Assembly (NCBI RefSeq): GCF_006345805.1
Contig: NW_021832609.1
Span: 1-64,000 of the forward strand
Origin: Octopus sinensis
Taxonomy: Eukaryota
Direction: 5' to 3'
Length of the DNA: 64,000 nucleotides
The notes beneath the pieces were generated by a model. The model had not been told where the DNA came from. It was given only the letters and a program-made list of their open reading frames with translations, and ran no database searches. Made by a program: the position numbers and the translations under genes. Of the stretch, positions 1 to 11,789 are shown in pieces. The stretch's first letter is position 1, and the number at the start of each line of letters is the position of its first letter.

Positions 1-218
1 GGGAGTGTCATGGGCAAAAAATGTCTAACTTCTTGCCTAGGGCGAACCCACAGCAATATCATATCTTCTCCACTATTTCAGTATTACATGTTAAAAGTGA
101 AACAAAAACATCTCTCTATTATAATGTCAGATACTTTCACTTTAATACTGAAACTATTAAAGTCAAACTATTATATAAGAGGGATGAACCATTAACAGTG
201 GACATCCATTTTGCTAGA
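1..218 (+). mobile_element. Non-autonomous Helitron-like fragment running off the window start
   Basis: 1-170 is the reverse complement of the Helitron-like segment at about 39120-39300; it ends in a GGGATG...CATCC hairpin plus CTAG, as also seen at about 36909-36946. Confidence 0.5.
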
Positions 219-570
219 AGAAGATCTGCTATGGTCTTATATGCAACACCACTGGTTTTCAATTCATATTAATCAGATTAATATTCAATTTCTCACCCTT
301 ATTATTTTTAATTTAATTTAAACCCAGGCCTAGGTGTTTTGGAATGAAGTTTGTTACCACACAGCCACACCTGCACCTATGTATGTGTGTGTATGTGTGT
401 ATAGCTGTATATGTATACATTTATTTCTATATATATGTATACATGTATATGTGTAGATGTATATATATATATATAGATGTACATGTAATATGTACACATA
501 TATATTCACATACATACATGCATACATATATACACTCATACACACATACACACACACACACACACATACA

Positions 571-910
571 TAGGTGCAGGTGTGGCTGTGTGGTAACAAA
601 CTTCGTTCCAAAGCACATGGTCCAGAGTTCAGTCCCACTGTGTGGTGACTTGGCATGTGTCTTCTGCTATAGCCTCAGACCAAACAAAGCTTTGTCAGTG
701 GATTTTGTAGACAGAAACTGAAAGAAATCAATCGTATATATATGTATGTATATATTTAAGTGTATGTGTGTGACTTTGTTTCTGTGTTTTACCCTCATCA
801 CTGCCTCACAACTGGTGTTCGTTTATTTACATCCCCATAACTTATTGGTTTCACAAGAAGAAACTGATAGAATAAGTACCAGGCTTATCAAAATAAAAAA
901 AACCTACTAG
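571..910 (+). mobile_element. tRNA-derived SINE (octopus-type), with internal (TA/TG)n
   Basis: A-box-like GGCTGTGTGGTAA and B-box-like GAGTTCAGTCCC, followed by the body CAAAGCTTTGT..GGATTTTGTAGACAGAAACTG and GATAGAATAAGTACCAGGCTT that recurs at about 3921, 52060 and 55540. Confidence 0.75.
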
Positions 911-992
911 GCAGTATCTCATATTTTGGTTTGCCCACACAATTTATCTTTGTGTGTGTGCGTGTATATATATACATACATACATATATATA

Positions 993-1023
<31 letters not shown>

Positions 1024-1025
<2 letters not shown>

Positions 1026-1395
1026 AAGGGCTTAGTAAAATAAATTACTTTGCCACATACTGAACTCATTAGAAATAGTAGCTAAAAAAACTTTCTTTAA
1101 ACTATTTCTAATACTTAAAGAAAATCTCTCTCATATAGTGTTTGCTCAATTCAACTCACGAAAGTATGGATGAAAATGTCGAGTTTGACTAATCTTGAAA
1201 CGTACGTTCTCAAATAACCTTTGCATTTGATTTTTTAATGTCTTTACCCCCATACTTTCGTGAGTTGAATTGAGCAAACACTATATGAGAGAGATTTTCT
1301 TTAAGTATTAGAAATAGTTTAAAGAAAATTTTTTTAGCTACTATTTCTAATGAGTTCAGTATGTGGCAAAGTAATTTATTTTACTACGCCCTTTT
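1024..1395. mobile_element. Fold-back element with ~146-bp inverted arms in a (TA)n site
   Basis: 1024-1169 is the near-perfect reverse complement of 1250-1395, with an 80-bp spacer and TA flanks. Confidence 0.85.
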
Positions 1396-1723
1396 ATATA
1401 ATGTAATAATTTGAATTTGCCTTAAATGGTCCCTTTACATACTGAACACTTGGTGAAATTGATTAATAATTAATTAATTAATTTTACCCTCAATTGTTGA
1501 AATTATATATATATATATATATATACTCTTTTACTCTTTTACTCTTTTACTTGTTTCAGCCATCCGGCTGAGGCCATGCTGGGGCACCGCCCTTGTTGCT
1601 ACCCTCTCTAAGTCCAGTTTGCCGTGGCTGGCCACTGATCTAAGAGAGAGTTTGTAGCTGCTGCCCTTAGGTTACCTTCGTACCTTGCAGTGGGTTCATC
1701 TGGGATCCCGGAAAGCAGCTTGT

Positions 1724-3451
1724 CTAGATGTTTTTTGAAAATGTCCACATCCGCATCATGTAGATTCGTTCCATGACCTTACTTATGTGTGACGTCAGGG
1801 AGACTGGCCTGTAGTTTTTGGCCTCTGCTCTACTCCCTCCTTTGTGGATAGGGCATATGGTGCCTTCTTTTAGCGCCCTGGGCAGTTTACCGTTAGCCAA
1901 GGAACCACTGAAGAGCTTCTTCAGTGGTCCCGCTAGGGCATGCCTGCATGTTTGTAGGAGGACTGCTGGGAATCCATCTGGTCCAGCAGCTGAGTTTATT
2001 CTCATTTCTTCTATGGCAGATATTACATCCCTCTCTGTTATTTCTATGTGGTCGATGGTTGTTGTTTGGTTTTGGAGTGTTGTGGCATCAAAGAAAACTT
2101 CTGGGTTTGTGATTTGCATGTGCCCCAGAGGGGATGTGAACACACTTTTATACTGTTCCTTTAGTATTTCACTTATCCCTTGGGGGTCCTCAGTTAGAGA
2201 GCCCTTTTTATCAAAGAGTGGGCCAATCTTGCAGTGTACCGAGGTGCTTTCTTTCGCAAATTTAAAGAAGGCTTTAGGGTTTGTTTTAATATTCTCTATG
2301 GCCCTGGCTTCTCTCTCTGCCCTCTCCTTCTCATAGGAAAGTTTGAGTGCAGTTTCCGTTTCAAAAAGTTTCAGGTGGAGACCCTCATTGTTTCTCTGCC
2401 GTGCATTCAGTTGCTTCGAGAGCTTAGCTCTTCGCCTCATAAGTATTTTCCTGTCTCTGGGAATAACGTTCCTATGCCCGCTGGCTTTTTTCTCCGGGAC
2501 AAACTTATGGCATATGTTCTGTATTGTTGTCATGAAATGTTGGAAATGTGTGTTGGTGTCTTGTGTGGTGATGAAGTCACTCCAGTCATGTTTTCGGATC
2601 TCTTCGTTTATCTTCTTCCAGTTTGCCTTATGGAAGTTTAGACTGGATAGACCTGTGGTATTTTCTAATGGCTGCGTCTCAACTAACTCTCTCATACCAT
2701 ATATCATTACCTCTACTAAGTTGTGATCTGAGAGAATTGTTGGTGTTACCATTATGTTGTGGATGAGCATCGGGTTGCTTGTGAAACAGAGGTCCAAGAC
2801 ATTCTCACCTCTTGTTGGCCGAAGCACTGCTTGTTCCATGAAAAACTTGCGTGTGAGAGCCAACAAGGACTCTGTCTGTCTCTGTTCAAGTGATGTCATT
2901 CCAGGGAGAAGATGGCCATCTGGCCATTTGACTTTCGGAAGGTTAAAATCTCCCAGCAGTAGAATGGTGTTACCTTGGTCCAGTTTGTCCAGGACTTCTT
3001 CTATTCTTCTGAGGCTATCTTCAAACACTCCTTCATGACTAGGGGTGTCTGGTGGCCGATATGTGACACATATTACTATTTTCGGTTGTTTCATGTGTAC
3101 TATCAGTGTGTCACAGACTGAGTTTGAGTGTGTCAACAGTACTATGGGTGTGACATCTTCACGGACGTACAGGGCAACCCCACCATGAGTTCTTTCCTTC
3201 CTGTCTGACCGAAAAACAGTATACTTTGGTACGTGTATTTCTGCATCTGCTATACTGCTTGACAGGTGCGTTTCAGTCAGCGCTATGCATATTGCATGGT
3301 TGCTTGTGCTTAAGTCCCTAAGGTAAGGAATTTTACTCATATTAGTGGGTTTCACCAGACCTCTGACATTCAGCAGAAGCACTGGTGAGATATTTGGGGT
3401 GTCAATAAAGGCTGACGGTGTGGCACCTGGGCTGGTGTCAGCGGTGGCCAC
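1724..3451 (-). CDS. LINE ORF2: apurinic-like endonuclease plus start of reverse transcriptase (truncated)
   Basis: 575 aa uninterrupted. Motifs LTETHL, HGGVALYV, YRPP, LLGDFNLP, LDLCFT, SDHNLV (APE), then AAGPDGF, PIHKGG, NYRPVSLTSHISKVMERI, where homology stops. Confidence 0.9.
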   Translation of the reverse strand: MATADTSPGATPSAFIDTPNISPVLLLNVRGLVKPTNMSKIPYLRDLSTSNHAICIALTETHLSSSIADAEIHVPKYTVFRSDRKERTHGGVALYVREDVTPIVLLTHSNSVCDTLIVHMKQPKIVICVTYRPPDTPSHEGVFEDSLRRIEEVLDKLDQGNTILLLGDFNLPKVKWPDGHLLPGMTSLEQRQTESLLALTRKFFMEQAVLRPTRGENVLDLCFTSNPMLIHNIMVTPTILSDHNLVEVMIYGMRELVETQPLENTTGLSSLNFHKANWKKINEEIRKHDWSDFITTQDTNTHFQHFMTTIQNICHKFVPEKKASGHRNVIPRDRKILMRRRAKLSKQLNARQRNNEGLHLKLFETETALKLSYEKERAEREARAIENIKTNPKAFFKFAKESTSVHCKIGPLFDKKGSLTEDPQGISEILKEQYKSVFTSPLGHMQITNPEVFFDATTLQNQTTTIDHIEITERDVISAIEEMRINSAAGPDGFPAVLLQTCRHALAGPLKKLFSGSLANGKLPRALKEGTICPIHKGGSRAEAKNYRPVSLTSHISKVMERIYMMRMWTFSKNI

Positions 3452-3897
3452 CCTGGGTCCCTTGATTGTGGTGGTCTTGAGTGCTGTTGTGAGTGCCCCT
3501 GGCTCTGAAGACGATGTATCCAGGCCAGTTGTCCCTCAATTTTCTCTGCTATTTCCACAAAATTTCTTTGTTCTGCTGCTGCCGTCTGCATTTCCTCTGC
3601 AAATGTGCGCCTTCTCCTTGTTGGGGCATTACGCACTATGTCTGCATATTTCTGGGGCAGCTTGTATTTGTTCTGGTTTTGGTTTCGGTCTTGGTTTTGG
3701 TTAAGGCATTTTGATCGAATGGGTTTGATGCAATTTCCATAGGGCCTGGGATGAGCGAACCTGCATCCTTCTCCTGTTTCTCCATGCCAGCAGGTTCCAT
3801 TCCGGAAGAATTTGCATGTTATCTGGGTTTTCTTGTCCCCAGTTCCTCTCTGTTTTCTCTTCCTCCGTTGGACGGTTGTCCACTGGTTCCTTTCTGC
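3370..3897 (-). CDS. LINE ORF1 C-terminal remnant with CCCH-type zinc finger
   Basis: CKFFRNGTCWHGETGEGCRFAH (C-x7-C-x8-C-x3-H) after a basic stretch; overlaps the ORF2 start by about 80 nt. Confidence 0.65.
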   Translation of the reverse strand, partial: AERNQWTTVQRRKRKQRGTGDKKTQITCKFFRNGTCWHGETGEGCRFAHPRPYGNCIKPIRSKCLNQNQDRNQNQNKYKLPQKYADIVRNAPTRRRRTFAEEMQTAAAEQRNFVEIAEKIEGQLAWIHRLQSQGHSQQHSRPPQSRDPGWPPLTPAQVPHRQPLLTPQISHQCFC

Positions 3898-4499
3898 ATA
3901 TTTATATTTATATATGTATATGGATTTTGTAGACAGAAACTTCAAGAAATCAATCGTATATATATGTATGTATATATTTAAGTGTATGTGTGTGACTTTG
4001 TTTCTGTGTTTTACCCTCATCATTGTTTCACAACTGCTGTTCGTTTATTTACATCCCCATAACTTACTGTTTTCACAAGAAGTAACTAATAGAATAAGTA
4101 CCAGGCTTATCAACATAAAAAAAGCACTACGCTGTGTCTCATATTTTTGTTTGCCCACTCAGTTGTATCTATCATATTTGTGTGTCTGTATATATATATA
4201 TATATATATAATACACACACACACACGTACATATATATATATACATGTATGTATATGTGTACATTCATATTTATTATATCAAAGACTGAAAGGAAATCTG
4301 CAATCAAATAACTTTACTCAACACTTTGCAACTGAATCAGTGGAGGCAAAGATGCCTCTCATTTTCTTGACAATTTATGCAGCACATTGCAGAAATCACA
4401 ATCTAAGTGTATGTCAAAGTAAACTCTTACACTGTTGTACCACTGAATTACAAATAATGCTCATCTATGCTCGGATAATCACACAGCTTCCAAGAGTAC

Positions 4500-4912
4500 A
4501 ACTATTCGTCTTTGCTTAGATAAAATGACAAAATTGTGGGTGTTAAGTCCCCATGAAGGGGTCTTTCTAACTCTGGTGAGGATGTAGTCAATTTGGCTAG
4601 TGTGTCTGCCAGAACGGTAGGTGACTGGCAGTTTTCCTGAAGTTAGTATTGAAAACCATAAGATCATTTGCATCGCAGAACTCCAGCATCCTGGTTCCTT
4701 CCTCATTGTTGGAACCAAAACTGTAGCCTCCATGTAAGTCATGGAGGGTCCCCTGTATGTTGTCCAACATGTCCATTGAAGTCACCTGCCACAAATAGAA
4801 GGTCCCTATCATTTGTCAACGAGGTAATCTGCAAGAGGGAGTCATAGAATCGGTCTTTCTGTCCATCGGGTAGCCTTGGCTGAGCGGCATAGGCCGAGAT
4901 AATGGTTGCTAG

Positions 4913-4915
<3 letters not shown>
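4500..4915 (-). mobile_element. RTE-clade LINE fragment (APE endonuclease)
   Basis: IISAYA, FVAGDFNGHVG, NEEGTRMLEFCDANDL..NTNFRK, TYRSG..SQIDYIL, spread over frameshifted frames. Confidence 0.85.
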
Positions 4916-4965
<50 letters not shown>

Positions 4966-5324
4966 TAATATATATATATATATTATATATATATATACAT
5001 ATATATATATACTTTAATGAAAAGCAGCAGAAATTTAACAAAAGCTGTTACTCAGAGTTTCATGTTCCCATTCGATGGACAGTTTTGTTAAAATAGAACA
5101 GAAATAACGATATGATCAAAAACTACTTAAAGGATGCCCCTTTAAAAATAGACTTGTTTCATTGGTCCTTTCAGTTAACAGTCTTAAGCAAGCAATGAAC
5201 AAAATAAATAAAGTAAATGAATTCAATATAAATTCATCCAATTATAAAAACCGAAGAAAACCTCAAATCAAAGAGTGGATTCAAAAGACATATTATAGAT
5301 GATTATATACAAAATATAATTCAA

Positions 5325-5830
5325 CTAGTTTAACGTGACCCGCTCTACGCATGGGTGAGGGTGTGGTTGTTATTTTCTGTTGCTTCCTTTCTGTTTCTTT
5401 TCGCCCCATTCTCCCGCTTTGTTTCTCTCTCCTTTCTCTCTCACTTTCCCACTCTCTTACTCTTCCTTTCTCTCGGACTCTCCCTCGCTTTCTCTTACTC
5501 TTTATCTTTCTCTATCTTTCTCTCTCCCATTTATAAAAAAATTAAATTTCCACACTTAAATTACAAATCCGCTTCCACTTTATCATGTTGAAAATTTGAT
5601 TGAAATCAGGCAAAAGATGTCCAATCTAGACCCCCAAGTGTCCACAAAAATCATTAAAATCTCCGTTTTCAAACCAAAGCAACTACTGTTGTGCCCCAAA
5701 ACGTCTCCCAATCAATTTCTCACCTCAAGTTATTCTCTCCTGTAAATTTTAATCCCCTTCCAGCCCCATTTAGACCCCATTTTACATAAAAATCAATTTG
5801 TATCAACGTTTGCCTTCTTCATTTTATAGA
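5325..5830 (-). mobile_element. Non-autonomous Helitron
   Basis: On the minus strand it starts A|TC (5830) and ends with the hairpin CCC-ATGCGTAGAGC-GGG then CTAG|T (5325). Confidence 0.7.
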
Positions 5831-6204
5831 TTACGCAGATATACCCAGCCTTGCTCAGGATTAAAATAGTTTATTATTGTTTTACTTGTTTTGGTATTAT
5901 AACCCAATTTCATTTGGGTCTACGTGGGCCACATTTTAAAAGATGAGGAATTTTGCCCTAGAGGCCATGCTTTTCAATTGAGCAAACTCACTAGCACTTT
6001 TAACATAGGTGTGCATATTTTCAGCTCAATCCGACCACATATGTACACATTATATATATATATATTATATATATATATATATACATATGCATTAAATATG
6101 TACATATATATGCATTATATATACATGTCTACACACACACATATATATATATTCACATATATATAAATATATACACTTTATACATGTACACATATATATA
6201 TATA

Positions 6205-6380
6205 TATCATCATCATCATTATCGTTTAATGTCCGCTTTCCATGCTAGCATGGGTTGGACGATTTGACTGAGGTCTGGCGAACCAGATGGCTGCACAGGG
6301 TCCAGTCTGATCTGGCAGAGTTTCTACTGCTGGATGCCCTTCCTAACGCCAACCACTCCGAGAGTGTAGTGGGTGCTTTT
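6205..6380 (-). mobile_element. RTE 3'-end (5'-truncated copy or SINE-like derivative)
   Basis: (CAT)n-CGTTTAATGTCCGCTTTCCATGCTAGCATGGGTTGGACG...GGATGCCCTTCCTAACGCCAACCACTC; the same tail follows RTE coding sequence at 25499-26392. Confidence 0.8.
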
Positions 6381-6639
6381 ATTATTGTCTTACGTGTTTC
6401 AGTATTATAACCCTATTTCATTCGGGTCTACGTGGGCCACATTTTAAAAGATGAGGAATTTTGCCAAATACTTTTCTTATGGCTGTCTCACTTCGAAGAT
6501 GACATCTGTGGAATTCTTTCCAGGTACAAAACCAAACTGCATCTCATCTAGTTTCATTCTATTTCTAATCAATTGAGCCATAACTCTCTCTAACATTCAT
6601 GACTTGGTCTAGCAATTTAATACTTCTGTAATCGTTTCT

Positions 6640-7420
6640 ATCTAAGGCATCACTTTTACCCTTGTAACTATTATACTACTACACTTGTCATTGAGGATGG
6701 TGCTTTCCTGAATAACCTGATTAACTATGCAGGTGACTAAGCTGTATCCTACACCACCGGAAATTCTAATCATCTCGGTAATGACTCTTGATGGCTTAGG
6801 GGCTTTCATGTCCTTAATTGCCTTATCTATTTTACTTCTATCAACTCTGATGGCTAGTTCCTCAATTGGTTCGATATTTGGTAAACTCTCCTCCCATTCA
6901 TATTCCACATTTAATAACATTTCATTGTGACACTGCTATACATCTTACTTCTATGATTTGCTAAGTGCAAGCATACCATTATCCATTTGCACACATTTCT
7001 CACGCACCAAATCTCTATTCTCTCTGATACACTGCTTTGCAATCCTGAACATCTCATACTGTAGAACATTTTCTAATCTCTTACCTTCAGCTACTCCTTT
7101 TGCTATGCATACCTGACGCCTAGCTGCCCTTTTGGCTACCTGATATAATTCTCTGCTTCCTCTGGTTTTCCAGTTTTTCCAGGCCTGTCTTTTTGATTTT
7201 ATAGCACTGTCAACTTCCTTGCTCCACTACCATGTCACCCTTGATCTAGCTGGGACTCTGCACCAACCACAGATTTCATCTGTAGCCCTCAGTAGATTGT
7301 CCCTCAGGAACTTTCAGTTGTCCTCTAAGCTATGTGTCCCCAACTCTTCCTCTCTTTCTTCAGAAGCTTCCATTAGTAAATCTCTAAATTTTTGTCTGTT
7401 TGCTGGGTCTTTGAGCTCCT
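6640..7420 (-). mobile_element. RTE LINE fragment (tether and RT N-terminus)
   Basis: LLNVEYEWEESLPNIEPIEE..AIKDMKAPKPSRVITEMIRISGGVGY, homologous to the RTE segment at 55336-55545. Confidence 0.75.
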
Positions 7421-7779
7421 AATACTGTAGGAAAAGCATATATATGTATATATATATATATGCTCACAAGGGCTGCAATCACCCAAAACAATGGAGAATT
7501 CCTGAGCCTCTGAGAGCACATATGTATACATTTATGTGCTTCTCTTATAGCATTAGGAACATTTTAGCTCTTATTTCTAATAATCCATTTTCCATGCTGG
7601 CATGAGTTTGGCAATTTAACTGCAAATGGTAAGCTGGAGAGCTACATGAGGCTCCAGTATATTTTGGTTTGGTTTTTATGGCTGGATACCCTTCCTAGCA
7701 CCAACTGCTCCAGTGAGTGTACTCGATGCCTTTTATGTGTCACTAGCACAGGTCCATCTTACATGTCACTGGTACAAGT

Positions 7780-8260
7780 GCCATTCACACATCACCAGCA
7801 CTAGGCCAGAATCAGAGTTCCACTTAGCCTGATGCCTCTTCCCATGCACAGCAATTTGCCAGAAGTCCTGGTCACTTGTCACTGCCTCCATGAGACTCAA
7901 CATCCAAAGATCACATTTCACCACCTCAACCCACATCTTCCTGGGTCGACCTCTTCCACAGTTTCCTTCCACAATAAGAATCTTTATGCAGCTGTCCCCA
8001 TCCATATGCATCATTTGACCATACAGCAGTCCTCTCTCTAGCACACTGTATCTGATGCCTCTTATGCCCAATTTTTCTCTTAAGACGCACTTTGTTGTAT
8101 GTGCACATTGACATGCACAACCAGTGGAGCATACCAGCTTCATTTCTTTCAAGTCTTCACATGTCCTCTGCAGTCACAGCCCATGTTTCACTGCCATGTA
8201 ACATGGCTGTTCACACATAGGCATCATACAATCTGCTATTTACACTGAAGGAAAGGTCCT
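7780..8260 (-). mobile_element. RTE LINE ORF C-terminal fragment
   Basis: LREKLGIRGIRYSVLER..GRGRPRKMWVEVVKCDL, matching 25968-26285. Confidence 0.8.
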
Positions 8261-9722
8261 TTGTTACTATATATATCCTCTCTTCCAGAAGTAACAGGAA
8301 TACATTCTTTTCAAAACTTTGGTCTAAATTCATCACCTCATCCTAACTTACATTGCCTTCCTTCCTTCTTGTTCCAGAATTACACACCTAAGCCTTATGT
8401 TTCCTTCTCTCTCCTACTTCTTTCTCCTCTTACTTCCACATGCCATTTCTGCTTGACTACTACACAATCTTCAGTTTGTCAACAGCCACACCCTCAGATG
8501 CTGCTTTTCCTGCTCCTTCTTTTCCCTTGCATCAAATCTTCTCTTTATCAATTCCATTCTGTTATTTCTCTTCTCACCTCTGTTTACCATTTTATTTCTT
8601 TTGTGCATTAGCATCTGGCTTTTCATCATCTTAATGTATATTGTTTCATCTTCTTGAATTGGATGATTTTCCTGGAAACTTTTTACCTTCAATTTCTCTG
8701 GACTTTTTACCAATATCTTTGTTTTTATCAACACTGAATTTAAATATTTCTACCACATTTTAAAATTTTAGTTTAAACTGTCTCTCATTGTTTCACATCT
8801 GCTTTCCTTTGAATGCATTCTCCAACCTCTATATGCTTTTGGTGAAAACTTGCTCACACATCAATAATATCTTCCACCTTGTACTTATTGTCCAATCTGT
8901 TTCATCAATTTTTTCATATGTTCATACACACTCTCATCTCCTCACATACATGCTTTTACACAACCTACCTAAAAATTACACGCATACACTACTATACTTG
9001 CACGTATCTATACACATAGACATCACATTAACACACACACACATACACACTCGGGTAAGACAGTTGGGGGACAGAGAGAATATAGATATATGTACCAAGC
9101 TCCATTGCCTGCTTTGACATGTTTTCTATGGTTGGATGCCCTTCAAAATGCCAACCACTTTACAGAGTGTACTGAGTGCCTTTTAACTGGCACTAGCAGC
9201 AGTGAAGTCACCAAGTAACTAGAAAGACAAGACACTCTCAACTGAGTAGGGAATAGAATTGAGAGAGGTGGCTTTGTGCCAGGTGATGAGAGGTTAGAGT
9301 ATGGATGGAGGTACAGAAATTAGTGTCTTGCAGTAGAGGAGATACATTGGGTAACTGAGTTGGAGTGAGAGGGGAAGAGAGATGTTGAAGATGCAATGGA
9401 AGGTGACACTCAAGATACATGGAGTGACAGGAACCAAAGATTGGATCAGGCAAGTGGCTGAGTAAGTTCATGAGATGGTAGCAGGAGAGTGGGAGATGGA
9501 AGGAAGGACTATTTTACGAGGGTGTGAAGGAAGAGTGGAAGAGGTGTTTGTAAATCTTACAATCTTAACAACATGGAAAATCTGAGATAAATTTGTTTCA
9601 AAATTTACTGCTGTAACTAATGGTAGTCTTATTTGATATAGAAAATTACTTGTACTACTCTCACAAGAAATGTTTAATATTGAATAACATTCCTATATGC
9701 ATCACTTTTTACTTTTTTTTAG

Positions 9723-9741
9723 GTGTTAAACGCAATAAAGA
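9723..9741 (+). CDS. Candidate 19-nt micro-exon of host gene (phase 1 to 2; xVKRNK)
   Basis: Strong acceptor TTTTTACTTTTTTTTAG and donor GA|GTAAGT; phase joins the next candidate exon without a stop. Confidence 0.5.
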
Positions 9742-10329
9742 GTAAGTATATAACATTCTTATTTGTTGTTTATTTGAAAGTAGATAGAAAATTTCTATCA
9801 GTTGAACCCAAGTTGTAGGAAGGTAATACAAAATCATATATAGTTCACATGTTAGTTGGCTCTTCTATCTGCCTTTTCCAATTAGTATAATAGAATCTTT
9901 GTTAAGGTGACAGTAAATCAAAACCTTATACGTGTAAAGTTTTGCAAGTGAATCCTTATGCAAATAAAATACTATTGAAATTGTGAGGAAATGAAGTTTA
10001 AAAGTATAAATTGTTTGATTATTTACTAAATGCAACTGTAGATACTATAGATTTATATATTATAGATTAAATGATTATATTATAACTAACATTCCAAAAG
10101 ACTGGGAGAATATCTAATTAATCTAGCTAATGGCCTTCCTTTTTGTAAGGAAAATATTTTGTTGAGTGTATATATATATATATATTCAGTAATGAATTAA
10201 AAGCAACTCTAATGTTGTAAACATTATTGGTTGCACATATTCCATGTTTGTGTTTTGTTTGTTTGCCAGAGTCACTGCAGCATAGCACTTGGGGATGACT
10301 CCCTCATAGCACTGGTTGCTAAAACACCT

Positions 10330-11260
10330 AAAGGTCATACACTGAGTCTTCTTCCATATTGGTTTTGGCCTGTAGCCTCCGCAGATTAAAGAGTCTGCCA
10401 TCGGTAGTGAATATGATCTTGATGCTGGTTTTATCATCATTGCAGAAGCATCCAACAGCATGGCTGAGTACGTCTTGCTGAATAGCATAGGTGCAAGTAC
10501 ACAGCCCTTCTTGACTTCATGAGTGACTGGGAATGTGTCAGAGGAAGAATCTCCTTGATCCAGTACTTGAGCAAGCATGCTGTTGTGAAACTGACACACC
10601 ATACTGGTGAATTTCTCCAGGCAGCCGAATCACTGTAGGTGAGGAGAGGTATTAGGCTGGTCACCAAGGTAAAGGTGTATGAAGCAGCTTTACTGCCTAT
10701 GCTATTGTATGCCTGTGAGATTTGTATGGTTTAGATATGTCACACCGAAAAGCTAAATTGCTTTGATATCACTGCCCTAGAAAGTTGTTGGAAATCACCT
10801 AGTAAGACAAGTCAGAAGTTGAGACCCATCTTGTTCAAATGCCTGACATGCAACTCCCTCAGATATTGGTTTACAGTGAACTGACGGAAGGCAAGTGCAT
10901 GCAAAGTGAACAGAAAAAGTGCTTCAAGGATACACTCTAAGCCTCACTGAAGAGCTTTCAGATCAACACTGATACCTGGGAAATGCAAGCTCAAGACTGC
11001 CCTGCCTGACTACACCAACAGAAGTACCACCTCCTACAAACAGAACAGGATTGTGAGGGCATGGTGAAAATGCATACAATGCAGAGCCAACTCTTTACTT
11101 TCAGCCCCAGCAGACTACCAGTGCCCGATTTGTGGAAAAGCCTTTTGAGTATGTATCAGACTGAATGGCCACAGCCAAACACTGCAATCCATCTTCTAGT
11201 CTCACAAGATACCCTTGGTCATTGTCAACAATGGTGGATTAGTTGTATATGTATATCATT
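10330..11260. mobile_element. RTE/BovB-like LINE with an inverted 5' segment
   Basis: Minus 10640-10330 encodes MVCQFH..FPVTHEVKKGCVLAPMLFS (RT motif B region); plus 10640-11260 encodes KVKVYEAALLPMLLYACE..HLVQMPD..YSEL..FKDTL (post-RT C-terminus) and the 3' end. Confidence 0.75.
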
Positions 11261-11339
11261 ATCATCATCATCATCATCATTACCATCTCAGTTGTGGTTG
11301 AAGATTGGACATCTGGTCATTGGTGTCTGACATTAAGAA

Positions 11340-11760
11340 AAAGACAATTTCATTCACAATCCTCAGAGGTGCAAATAATCGTATTTTGCAAGTTAGAAGG
11401 CCTGATTTAGTAGTAGTATATAAAGAGAATAGAAAGTGCTAGATAATTGACTTTACAGTTCCAAATGATGAAAAAATCAATATGAGAGGTATAGAAAAAA
11501 CAGCAAAGTATTAGAACCTAGCCATTGAATTACAGAGACTATGGAAAGTGCTGGTAAAATGTCTTCCAGTACTTATAGGTGCATTAGGAAATATCTCTAA
11601 GTATTTGAAAAGATGAATAGAGGAAATAGGTATAAAACCCAGTTTAGTACAGTTGCAGAAAACAGTATTATTAGGGACAGTTAGGATACTTAGAAGGGTT
11701 CTTGGCATCTAAGGTTACGTGTTGTAGCCCAATGTTAGAATTTTTTCTTTTCCAACAGTC
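11340..11760 (+). mobile_element. R4/Dong-like LINE 3' fragment (restriction-like endonuclease)
   Basis: RPDLVVVYKENRKC.IIDFTVPND..EKTAKY.NLAIELQRLWK..PVLIGALG..LQKTVLLGTVRILRRVL. Confidence 0.8.
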
Positions 11761-11789
11761 TAATGTGTTGTGTGTATATGAATAATGAT

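Larger units (their letters stand above)
1525..3897 (-). mobile_element. CR1/L2-group (Crack/Daphne-like) LINE, 5'-truncated, with the RT core internally deleted
   Basis: ORF1 remnant with a CCCH finger, an APE ORF, the C-terminal peptide FKKHLDKLLSGIPDEP..RAAATNSLLDQ, and a 3' tail GGCGGTGCCCCAGCATGGCC...GAAACAAGT(AAAAGAGT)n ending in (TA)n. Confidence 0.85.

Noticed and set aside
344-721. ORFs rich in Y/I/C/V/H/T, here and at 36156-36677, 4739-5096, 25311-25612, 51809-52173, 61813-62095 and similar sites
   Set aside because: They are translations of (TA)n, (CA)n and (TACA)n microsatellites.
1160-1215. Hammerhead in the spacer of the first fold-back (GGATGA...GAAACGTACGT)
   Set aside because: It has a palindromic helix III, but the core and helices I and II are too degenerate to support.
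1818-3704. Plus-strand ORFs over the LINE
   Set aside because: They are antisense shadows of the minus-strand LINE ORFs.
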